A stretch of DNA of 63,631 bases, counting the filler, from Chiloscyllium plagiosum (taxonomy: Eukaryota): assembly GCF_004010195.1 (NCBI RefSeq). It is 4 parts of one record of this genome, joined end to end, with 100 filler letters (N's around TTAATTAATTAA, not from the genome) between each part and the next. Parts side by side here need not be neighbours in the genome. Positions count along the whole stretch, not along the records: positions 24,958 to 52,668 come from NC_057715.1; positions 52,769 to 60,329 come from NC_057715.1; 2 more parts are not named here. One strand, written 5' to 3'. The position numbers were made by a program, and so were the translations under genes. Under the pieces are notes generated by a model that saw nothing but the letters and a program-made list of their open reading frames with translations, had not been told where the DNA came from and ran no database searches. The first letter of the stretch is position 1. Every line of letters begins with the position of its first letter. Positions 50,191 to 60,429 of the stretch are shown piece after piece.

Positions 50191-50806
50191 GCTGAAAACG
50201 TGTTGCTGGAAAATCGCAGCAGGTCAGGCAGCATCCAAGGAACAGGAGAATCGACGTTTCGGGCATAAGCCCTTTTTCAGGAATGAGGAAAGTGTGTCCA
50301 GCAGGCTAAGATAAAAGGTAGGGAGGAGGGACTTTGGAAATGCGATANNNNNNNNNNNNNNNNNNNNNNNNNNNNNNNNNNNNNNNNNNNNNNNNNNNNN
50401 NNNNNNNNNNNNNNNNNNNNNNNNNNNNNNNNNNNNNNNNNNNNNNNNNNNNNNNNNNNNNNNNNNNNNNNNNNNNNNNNNNNNNNNNNNNNNNNNNNNN
50501 NNNNNNNNNNNNNNNNNNNNNNNNNNNNNNNNNNNNNNNNNNNNNNNNNNNNNNNNNNNNCCCCACTCCGGCCTATCACCCTCACCTTGACCTCCTTCCA
50601 CCTATAGCATTTGCAACGCCCTTCCCCCAAGTCCCTCCTCCCTAACTTTTATCTTAGCCTGCTGGACACACTTTCCTCATTCCTGAAGAAGGGCTTATGC
50701 CCGAAACGTCGATTCTCCTGTTCCTTGGATGCTGCCTGACCTGCTGCGCTTTTCCAGCAATACATTTTCAGCTCTGATCTCCAGCATCTGCAGCCCTCAC
50801 TTTCTC
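50191..50806. mobile_element. fold-back family 1 element spanning an N gap; intact hammerhead core at 50683-50710 (+)
   Basis: 15-bp TSD CATATAGAAACTGGA (50176-50190 and 50807-50821). Inverted arms of at least 140 bp. Confidence 0.85.
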
Positions 50807-52037
50807 CATATAGAAACTGGATGCAACAATGTAATGTAGCACAAGCTGTTTCACCCTTGACAGGTTCCATGTGTTGAGATTGATATATCTTGTACAGATT
50901 CCTATTAAATCCCTGGAAGAGACATGTTGCACATAAATTTAACGTAGCTCTCACCTTAACTGCCACCAGGATAAAATGGATACCCAGCTCTTCGGTTCAC
51001 AAGTCCCACTATATCAGACAACTCAGTTCTGTGACAGTGTTCGGAGATATCCTCAGTCTGTGGCAGTAATCTGCCTAGCTCATCTGGAAGAAATGGCATT
51101 TAGGGTAATAGACAGAATTTGCTCCACATCCTGAGGATAACTTCAGTTGCAACCTTTTCACATGAGGCTGTCAGCAGCTATTGGAGTTTACTGTTGGTTC
51201 TGGGTTTGGTCCCTTCAATCTCTCTCTGCATTTGTCACTGTTGTGCCATGGCCTTAGTGATGAGAAACCCTGATGTGACTGGATTTATTGATAGCACTTC
51301 CACTGAACCTATGTGGAGTATATCAAAAACACAACAGGTCCTGAATAATGTGAGTCAACAAGTATATTACATTCAAATTACAGTTTATCATAGTCCTCAA
51401 TACAGGGAGGGGACATGGAGGACATGGGCAAGTAGGACCAAGGAATGGCATTACATGCATCTTTGAAATTGTGAACTATAGTCTGATCAATGCAACACAA
51501 GCCACTCTGCGAATCTGCAGTTGGATTACTGAAACCTTGCCTCTCCCACCCTCAATGCCCCATATCACCCAAAAAAAAACAGCATTACATATAAAAGCAT
51601 GTTGGCAAATGCTTGCAGTTCAAGGTGAGGTGAAACCTGTTCAATGCCATTGTGCAGCCTATGAAATCTTGGATTGATCTTGTGAAATGTGGCCCAAAGG
51701 TGACAATTACAAGTCACTTAAGATCAATTCTGCTGCACAGAGATGACTGTTATAAATTTGTAATCACCAGTGACATAGTCAATATTACTTTTGACCAAGA
51801 ATTTTATCCACGTAGTTGGTTATGCAATATGTTTCACACACCAGAGTCTACAATCACAGATGGATTTAACCAGTACTATGAACATACCTTTTGAAGGTCT
51901 TTAAATCTCTAGTAACTGGAACTTGTGTCTTCAGACAGAAAAAAAACATGTACTCTGCTCACTCTGCAAAGTCATACTTTACAGATGGGCTACAGGCTCA
52001 GCCTGGTAAGCTAGGACACTCCAAAACCTTAATGTAC

Positions 52038-52320
52038 ATTAGATTACTGTGTGGAAACAGGCCCTTCGGCCCAACATGGCCACACCGACCCGCCACCCAC
52101 CCATACCCCTTACCTAACACTACGGGCAATTCACCTGGCCTGCACATCTTTGGACTGTGGGAGGAAACCGGAGCACCCGGAAGAAACTCACGCAGAAACT
52201 CGGGAGAATGTGCAAACTCCACACAGTCAGTCGCCTGAGGCGGGAATTGAACCCGGGTCTCAGGCGCTGTGAGGCAGCAGTGCTAACCACTGTGCCACCG
52301 TGCCGCCCACCGTGCCGCCC
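52038..52320 (-). mobile_element. young tRNA-derived SINE (HE1/V-SINE-like)
   Basis: Reverse complement reads GGGCGGCACGGTGGCACAGTGGTTAGCACTGCTGCCTCACAGCGCC..GGTTCAATTCCCGCC. The 5' terminus is locally duplicated. Confidence 0.9.
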
Positions 52321-52394
52321 ACATTCTTCCTGCTACTCCCTGATGACTCCTTCAGTTCCGCATATTCCCGTCAGCTCTTTTGTTTCGATAGAAG

Positions 52395-52668
52395 ATAGAT
52401 AGATAGAAAAATACAGCGCAGTACAGGCCCTTTGGCCCTCGATGTTGTGCTGATCCAAGCCCACCTAACCTACACTAGCCCACTATCCTCCATATGCCTA
52501 TCCAATGCCCGTTTAAATGCCCATAAAGAGGGAGAGTCCACCACTGCTACTGGCAGGGCATTCCATGAACTCACGACTCGCTGAGTAAAGAATCTACCCC
52601 TAACATCTGTCCTATACCAACCAATCCTTAATTTAAAGCTATGTCCCCTCGTAATAGCTGACTCCATA
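52395..52668 (-). mobile_element. CR1 3' end, truncated by the segment end
   Basis: TRGHSFKLR..DVRGRFFTQRVVSSWNALP and a (GATA)n-like tail. Confidence 0.85.
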
Positions 52669-52768
52669 NNNNNNNNNNNNNNNNNNNNNNNNNNNNNNNN
52701 NNNNNNNNNNNNTTAATTAATTAANNNNNNNNNNNNNNNNNNNNNNNNNNNNNNNNNNNNNNNNNNNN
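52669..52768. other. artificial 100-bp contig spacer
   Basis: N44-TTAATTAATTAA-N44. Confidence 0.95.
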
Positions 52769-53695
52769 GCCCATTCATCCGTTGTCGTAGCCTTTGCTTG
52801 GTTTCCCCAATGTACCTTGTCCTTGCCTGCAACGTATAAGATAGACAAAGTTGGCTGAGTCACATGAGTACCTGCCATGTACAAGGTGGGAGGTGTCCCC
52901 ACTCGTAATTGTTGTATCTATGTCCACACTCTGACACGTCTTGCAGCGTCCACCGTGACAGGGTTGTATGGAGTTATCCTGAGAGCCGGGCAGCCTGCTA
53001 CGAACAACGATCTGTTTGAGGTTTGGCGGTTGTTTAAAGGCAAGTAGTGGAGGTGTGGGGAAGATCTTGGTGAGGTGCTCATCCTCATTGATAATGTATT
53101 GCAGGTCACGAAGAACATGGCATAATTTTTCAGCTCCTGGTAAATACTGAACAACGAAGGGTACCCAATCGGTTGCAACACGTGTCTGTCTCCTGAGGAG
53201 GTCATTACGGTTCCTTGCAGTGGCACGTCGAAACTGATGATTGATGAGTTGAGCATCATACCCCGTTTTTGTGAGGGCATCCTTGAGTACTTCCAGGTGT
53301 CTGACACGTTCCTCCTCATCTGAGCAGATCCGGTGTACGCGTAGGACTTGTCCATAGGGGATGGCTGTTTTAATATGTTTTGCGTGGAAGCTGGAGAAGT
53401 GTAGTATTGTGAGGTTGTCTGTGGATTTGCAGTAGAGTGTGGTGCTGAGGTGTCCATCCTTGATGGAGACGCATGTGTCCAAGAATGAGACAGATAGTTG
53501 AGATAGTCCACGGTGAGTTTGATGGTGGGACGAAACTGTGTAGTTTTATCAATGACTCCTCGCCATGGGTCCAGGGGAAGAAAATGTCGTCAATGTACCT
53601 GGTGTACAATGTTAGTTGGAGATCCTGCATAGAGAAGAAGTCTTGTTTGAAGCTGTGCATAAAATTGTTGGCATATTGGGGTGCAAATTTGATAT
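52769..53695 (-). mobile_element. Penelope-like element (Neptune-type): RT core end, Cys-rich linker, start of GIY-YIG
   Basis: FAPQYANNFM, YTRYIDDIF, LHFSSFH.KHIK.AIPYGQ.LR.HRICS, PCHGGRCKTC and SCDSANFVYLIRC. Frameshifted. Confidence 0.9.
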
Positions 53696-56600
53696 GATAC
53701 CTGATATGATTCACTCCATTATTGTTTTTCCCTGAAACATAAAGCCATAAATTTAACCATAAGCTAAATCACTGAACTCTTAAGAAAAGAAATCTCAGGA
53801 CATTCCCCAGCTTTTACTCAGACTGATTAAAGCAGATTAAGTCCCTTTTCCAGCTCTGATAGCCTGGACATAGTCAAAGCTAAAACTGCCCCTCATATAC
53901 TATAGTTTTTTTTCTCCTCTGAACTGGACTTGCTTGTAGCCTCTCTCCAACTTTTTCTTTCTGGGTTAAAGCTTTTATATTAAGAAACAATTCATCCCTG
54001 CGAGGTGGCTTACTTGGGTGTTTAGTTTAAACTACATGATTTCCTGGAAGAGCTATTTTGATCCAATGGACAATGTTTCTGGCCTTCAAAAAAAAGTCAC
54101 CTTCATAGAACTGAAAACCAAAAATCCATTGATCTCTATTTTAGAACTCAAGGTCCCAAATCTTACAAGTGCATTATAAACCTTTGATACAAATGTCATG
54201 CAATGCATGTGTAGGACCATAAGACCATGACAGTGAGTTCCACAGATGTACTGTGGGCTAGAATTAATGCTGATTCTAACTTTAGAAATGGTGTGTTCCT
54301 GCTGAATTGGGTGAAAAGCCACTAAGTAAACATCATGGTAATCCATATTGCTTATCTGCTGGATCCAGGCCAAAAAAGCTTGTGATAGTTAAGCTTTAAT
54401 AAACATGTTAGAATATCTTGTGCTGAGTTGATTTGGTATCACACATAATTCTAACTAATTATATAGTCACAGGTTGAAGTTGGCACTGTGACAATGAGAA
54501 GAATCACATCTGAACTGAATTAGTGGCTGAGATGGAGTTTAGCTGCTCAAGCTGTTACACTTGGCGTTGGAGCTGATTCTGTGATGAAATATGGATCATG
54601 GTGTTATGACAGATCCTCGTAAACCTTGCTGGCTAGTGGATCACTGCTGGACCAGCTCTGATGTTTTGTTGTCAAGTATTAATACACTGTTGGATTGGAA
54701 TTTAGTAATGTATGAGAGTGAGGATATATCTTCGTTTCACGATTAAACATTTTTGAAATTCTATAATCTGCTTTATGGTCCAAAACATTAAGCAATATCG
54801 TGGAGTTAATTGTAATTAACTGAATAGTTTGCTTCTGTAGGATATTCCTTAAAAGTATAAGTAAATCCTTTGTACTCATGATTCGTAATTTTGGCCTATC
54901 CATGCCAAAAAATGAGTAACAACAAATTCAGCATTGATGGGCAAAACTCATGTATCTGTCACTTTTGACCTTTTTTAATGAGCTCCACACTCGTGAATAT
55001 CATCATTCGCAGGGCTTCTTAGGTACAAACCCTTGTGGGTATTGGGGAATGACTGTATTTGATTCCCAATGCACTTAAATTAGGAGGGAATAAATTGGAG
55101 GTATTTCTTAAATAAAGGAGTTCACAGGTAAAGGTCTAAAACAGTATTATCTGCTTTTGAAACTATAGACATATATTTCATTGTTACATTCAGAAATAAA
55201 AAAAACATTAAGGGGACTCCTTTGGTGCAATACCTGTGGACCAATCCCACTTACTTCAAATGTGCTTGGTAACTTCTCTGAACAAGTTAATTAGAAAAAT
55301 AGGATTAAAAATTAACACTTACCCCCCCTCCCCACTCCACCAGATAGTTCAGATTAAGGCCATCAACATTCTCAAATTTGCAACATCTGGCACAGCAATA
55401 TATAACTTGATTTAACTTTGATTGTCAGTATCCTCGATACTCAATGTTTTTGATTTTAACTGCAATGATTCATCCTGACATTGCTTAAAACTGGCCAAGC
55501 AGTTGCATCACACTTGGGATGTGAGTCTGGTTTAGACTGTAAAGGCTGCTGGTAAGACTAAGGTGTATGGATGTTCCAGCCTCACTTGTATAGTATCGTT
55601 AAACTGTAAGCCCAAGGCATACATTTAGCCTAGAAGCAGCTTGTCCATTGCACAGATTTTGGCAGGTAATGTAGAGGGTGGAGGGAAGTAATTTAGAGCA
55701 TCGGCTGACAGTAGTAGATACTGAAATTGATTTTGAAAAATAATTTCAGAATCTGGAATTCGAATGAAGAATCATGCTATAATATTAACCTCTATTTTTC
55801 TCCTTTGAATGCCTGTGAACCTGCTGTGAATTTTAAGTGCGATTTGTTTTCAAAACTTCAAAATATGAGTTTATAATTGGCTCGTTGTGATAAATGGTTA
55901 CTCCTTTATAAGGCATTCTTCTCCTTGGTATTTTTAACAATGATGCTGAACTCATGAAAATAAACAAGTTAATGTCCCTGACAGGAGAATCTTGTGTAAC
56001 TGTTGTCAACTGCTTGTCCTCCATTAACACCAACAGTAATTTTGCCCTGTTTTACACCTGAATCTGCCAAGAAGATTTATTTTTATACTGGAACAAATAT
56101 CTTTGAACACGATAAATAGACTTTTGTTGAGTAAAGCCATCAAGGGCTATGAAAATATGGGTGAGAAAGTATGGGTGTTAAAATGTAGATCAGTTATGTT
56201 CAACTTGAATGGTGGAGCAGCCTCAAGAGGCCAAATAGCTTACTCCTGCTCCAAATGTTACTATTTTATTAGAAGCCCTGAAATGCACAAAAAAATGTGA
56301 TTTCCATGAAGTAGCAGACAAGCCGAATTTTGTACTGTCACATAGTATTGACTTTACCATCCATTATTCTCTTATTGTAAATTAATGTCACATTTCCCAG
56401 TGGATGTTGGACATGTTAGAGTTCCAGACTTAATTAGCATTGCACTCACATCACGTCAGAGTGGTACACTGGATTAACATTCCAAATATGTGAAACTTGT
56501 TACAATTAAATAATGGCCACTCCAACCTAATTCTCATCTCTGACAATTCTGCATGTGCAGTAATGGGAATGCTTAAATGAAAGCAGTTAATGCATTTGCA

Positions 56601-57147
56601 TCAGGAAACAGCTTTCAAATACCAAAAAGGGGTCAGATACCTGTCTAATAGAGAAGAAAAAACTGAAATGCTGTGGATTCTGAAAATCTGAAATAAGAAT
56701 GGAACCCCTTGAAATATTCAGCAGGCCTTGCAGCATCTGTAAAGATAGGAACTAATTAATAATTTGGCTGGATTGATATCCATGACCTCCTAAGAGTATT
56801 TCAAGTATTTACTGTCACACTAAGCATCTTTAACTGTACCTGTCAGGGTATTAGCTCATTTTTAAAATTTTCTGTCTCTGTGAAACTGGCAGAGGGAGTA
56901 ACATCTGCTTCATTGCTTCTGACGGGTTCCTGTCCAACTCTTCAATTGATTATTTTGGACAACCCCCAAACCTAGAAAAAATAGCAGATTTCTTCTGTGA
57001 AATGTTAACAAGTGACACTCGGATTGAAATGCTGACTGTCAGCTTAGAACCTGAATACATCATACTCCAGAAAATACTGACTCTTTAAGATGTAATCAGT
57101 TGCTTTCCTTTTTATGTGTTGAACAAAGCCTACACAATTAAATACAC

Positions 57148-57612
57148 ATAGAGTCATAGAGACGTACAACACAGAAACAGACCCTTCCACGCCGACCAGA
57201 TATCCCAACCCAATCTAATCCCACTTGCCAACACCCAGCCCATATACCTCCAAACCCTTCCTATTCATATACCCATCCACCCTAAACCTATGCCCTCTAG
57301 TTCTGGACTCCCCCACCCCAGGAAAAGAGTTTGCCTATTTATCCTATTCATGCCCCTCATGATTTTATAAACCTCAATAAGGTCACCCCTCAGCCTCCAA
57401 CACTCCAGGGAAAACAGCCCCAGCCTATTCAGCCTCTCCCTATAGCTCAAATGCTCGAACCCTGGCAACATCCTTGTAAGTTTCACAACATCCTTCCTAT
57501 GGGCAGGAGACCAGAATTGCACGCAATATTCCAAAAGTGGCTGAACCAGTGTCCTGTACAGCCACAACTTAACCTCCCAACTCCTATACTCAGTAGTCTG
57601 ACCAATAAAGGA
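57148..57612 (-). mobile_element. CR1 3' fragment
   Basis: LYRTLVQPLLEYCVQFWSP and LFSLE..RLRGDLIEVYKIMRG. CATAGAGTCATAGAG tail. Confidence 0.9.
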
Positions 57613-57721
57613 TATTTGGCTGTTCCCATGAAATAATACATTGGAAATGTAAGCCCATAGTTTGATACCGTTTTGGTAAAGATCTGGGTGATGGTGGGGA
57701 CAAAGTGTAAAATCAGATGTG

Positions 57722-58020
57722 GGTGGCACGGTGGCACGGTGGCACTCTGGCCTCACAGTGCCAGAGACCTGGGTTCAATTCCCGCCTTGGGCAACCGTCT
57801 GTGTGAAGTTTGCACATTCTCCCCATGTCTGTGTGGGTTTCCTCCAGGTGCTCCGGTTTCCTCCCACAGTCCAAAAATGTGCAGGTTAGGTGAATTGGCC
57901 ATGCTAAATTGCCCCTAGTGTTAGGTGAAGGGGAATGGGTCTGGGTGGGTTGCTCTTCGGAGGATCGGTGAGGTCTTGTTGGGCCAAAGGGCCTGTTTCC
58001 ACACTGTAAGTAATCTAATC
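57722..58020 (+). mobile_element. tRNA-derived SINE (HE1/V-SINE-like)
   Basis: GGTGGCACGGTGGCAC..GGTTCAATTCCCGCC, core GGTGCTCCGGTTTCCTCCCACAGTCC and an AGTAATCTAATC tail. Confidence 0.9.
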
Positions 58021-58139
58021 ATGAGATAAGAGGAGATGCCTAAGCATTCATTTTTTTCCCAGTGGCAGGACAAATATCAGGTGTCATCCACCCTTGATTA
58101 GGTTGATAAGTGGCCCATCAAGGGCTTCCCCCAAATGCT

Positions 58140-58269
58140 GCTGTGGAAACAGGCCCTTCGGCCCAACAAGTCCACACCGACCCGCCGAAGCGCAACCCAC
58201 CTAGACCCATTCTCCAACATTTACCCCTTTCCCCAACACTATAGGCAATTTAGCATGGCCAATTCACCT
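58140..58269 (-). mobile_element. 3' half of an HE1-like SINE
   Basis: Reverse complement is homologous to 57888-58005. Confidence 0.8.
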
Positions 58270-60120
58270 AATGATAATCAGGTGAATTGGCCATGCTACC
58301 CATGATAATCAATTTCCTCCTACTCATCTCCGTGGCTATGTATATCCCCATGCCGGCTTAGTACCAACTTACACCAATCATGATTTGTACCCATTACCCT
58401 TTGCACTTATTACATCCATGCACAGTTACCCAGTCAGCACCATGGACAGATGTCAAAGGCAATGCTCAGATGAAACAAAATGAATTTCCAAGTGCCTAAC
58501 TTAACTATTTAGAAAGGACTATTTCATTAATACTAAAATCTATTCAATAAATTTTAATTTCTTCCAGTATTATACCACTTATGAAAGCGACCGTATGCAT
58601 TCATAAACCTGACATCAAATACTTTAAAATCAATGTTGATCAATCTGTACACTTCGAGGCCCCCACCTCTGCTTTAATTAAAAGAATCAGCCATGCAGCA
58701 CTGAACTGCATTGATAAATATCTGGCATTTGTCAATAGATAGCTGAGAAACTTGCAAGCAGTCATAGTAAGCTGTTTAAAAAAAATAGCTTGGGGGTTGA
58801 AATGACTTGAGAGCTTAATAATTTCAATGACTTTATCGACTTTCATCTGCACATTCATGGCTACTTTTAAACTATCCCAAGTAGCATTTGACCTATCCCA
58901 AAGCCAAATCACTTCACCCATGGTGGTCTCTGGACCTATCCAAAATGACTATGGCAGCTTTAGTTCTTATTGTGCGTTAAATAACACAAGTGAGTCATGT
59001 TTTGTGCACCCATTGACAAAAATTAAATCTGTAGACAGCTGAACTTTTTCAGAGTGCTGCTTCTGTGAATCACATATGTTGCTCATCTACACCTTGGTGC
59101 TAGAGTCAGGAGCAGGACTTCTGTACTTGGGGCTCTAAAGGAACTTTGGCTAATTTGCAACCATCTTGCACCTCCTATGTTATCTATAAGGAACAAAGAA
59201 CTAATTATCTAGGAACTAAATGTATATTCAAGGCTGCTATAGTAAATTGTGCAAGGTACAAGGCCCAATAAAAATCAAGTCCTTGAACCTAAGTGTGTGA
59301 ATTTCAAAGTAGAAAAAATGAATAACGGGAGCCGATGAATACTTCTGTTACCAAACTGAAAAATAGAACCAGAAATTGTATGTTTAAGGACACAGGCAGA
59401 AGCTAATTTGACATTCTATACAGCCTGAGTGTATTTAAAACAGAGATAGATAGGTTCCTGATTGGCAAGGGGATCAAGGGTTACAGGGAGATGGCAGGAG
59501 GATGGGGTTGAGAAACTTATCAGCCATGAACAAATGGGTGTGGAAGCAACTCTGGCTCAAAAGGAAAAGGCAATAATATTCACATCCAAAGCTCTAAAGC
59601 CAGCTGAGAAGGATGTGCCACTATAGTACAAAGCTTTTGGCAGTTGTGATTGGATGTGAGCAGTTCCATATATATCTCTAAGAGTGATAGTTCACTGTTA
59701 AAGCTATCACCCTGCATTGGAGCAGATCCATGAAAATAATCTGTGCAACGCATCAGCAAGGGTACGCACATCTTTAGGCATACACAGCAGAGATATAATC
59801 TGATTTTGAAATACAACCAAGAAGAGAAATAGTGCTGGCAGAGACCATTCTTTGTTTGTTACCACAGAAGAAACAGGAGATAGAAGATCTCGGTATAAAA
59901 ATTAGAAGATATAAAGACTGAGTGAATATATCACCGCCAAAACTGAATCAGAAATTAGAAGTGAGATCAGTTGTAATGTGGACTGTGCAATTTAAATATA
60001 TTTTTAATGTGATTTACTGTCATGTTGTGTTTTTGTTTTTGAGTCAGTAATGTGAGCTGTTTTGTGTCTAATGTCACAAGTCCTTGTAATTATTTCTGTA
60101 GTTGAGGTGATTTATTTTAA

Positions 60121-60329
60121 GGAGAACGTGAGGGCTGCAGATGCTGGAGATCAGAGCTGAAAATGTGTTGCTGGAAAAGCGCAGCAGGTCAGGCAGCATC
60201 CAAGGAACAGGAGAATCGACGTTTCGGGCATAAGCCCTTCTTCAGGAATGAGGAAAGTGTGTCCAGCAGGCTAAGATAAAAGGTAGGGAGGAGGGACTTG
60301 GGGGAGGGGCTTTGGAAATGCGATAGGTG
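60121..60329 (-). mobile_element. family 1 element with an intact hammerhead core at 60211-60249, truncated by the segment end
   Basis: GAGAATCGACGTTTCGGGCATAAGCCCTTCTTCAGGAAT is identical to 3631-3669. Includes the GGAGAACGTGAGGGCTGCAGATGCTGGAGATCA extension. Confidence 0.85.
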
Positions 60330-60429
60330 NNNNNNNNNNNNNNNNNNNNNNNNNNNNNNNNNNNNNNNNNNNNTTAATTAATTAANNNNNNNNNNNNNNN
60401 NNNNNNNNNNNNNNNNNNNNNNNNNNNNN
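60330..60429. other. artificial 100-bp contig spacer
   Basis: N44-TTAATTAATTAA-N44. Confidence 0.95.

Larger units (their letters stand above)
49330..51115 (-). pseudogene. PIF/Harbinger (HARBI1-like) DDE transposase fossil, interrupted by two family 1 insertions
   Basis: Minus-strand translation gives RLRISPNTVTEL..VAVKVRATLNLCATCLFQG..IYQS..IQF..EGFA, RYLGSHYLAYIL..HVP..F and SRAIMEH..LKLRV..DQS..MQYRPNRVCCIVLRCFALH. These follow Harbinger motif order, with several stops and deletions. Confidence 0.75.

Noticed and set aside
3559..50821. Apparent target-site preference (TSDs starting with C on the antisense strand)
   Set aside because: In three cases that base can belong to the element terminus, the 13103 TSD does not fit, and the sample is too small.
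59580..59816. Possible exon MCVPLLMRC...LALELWM and other unique-region ORFs (54679-54903, 55833-56033, 58640-58921)
   Set aside because: Weak donor sites, ambiguous frames and no recognisable protein family.
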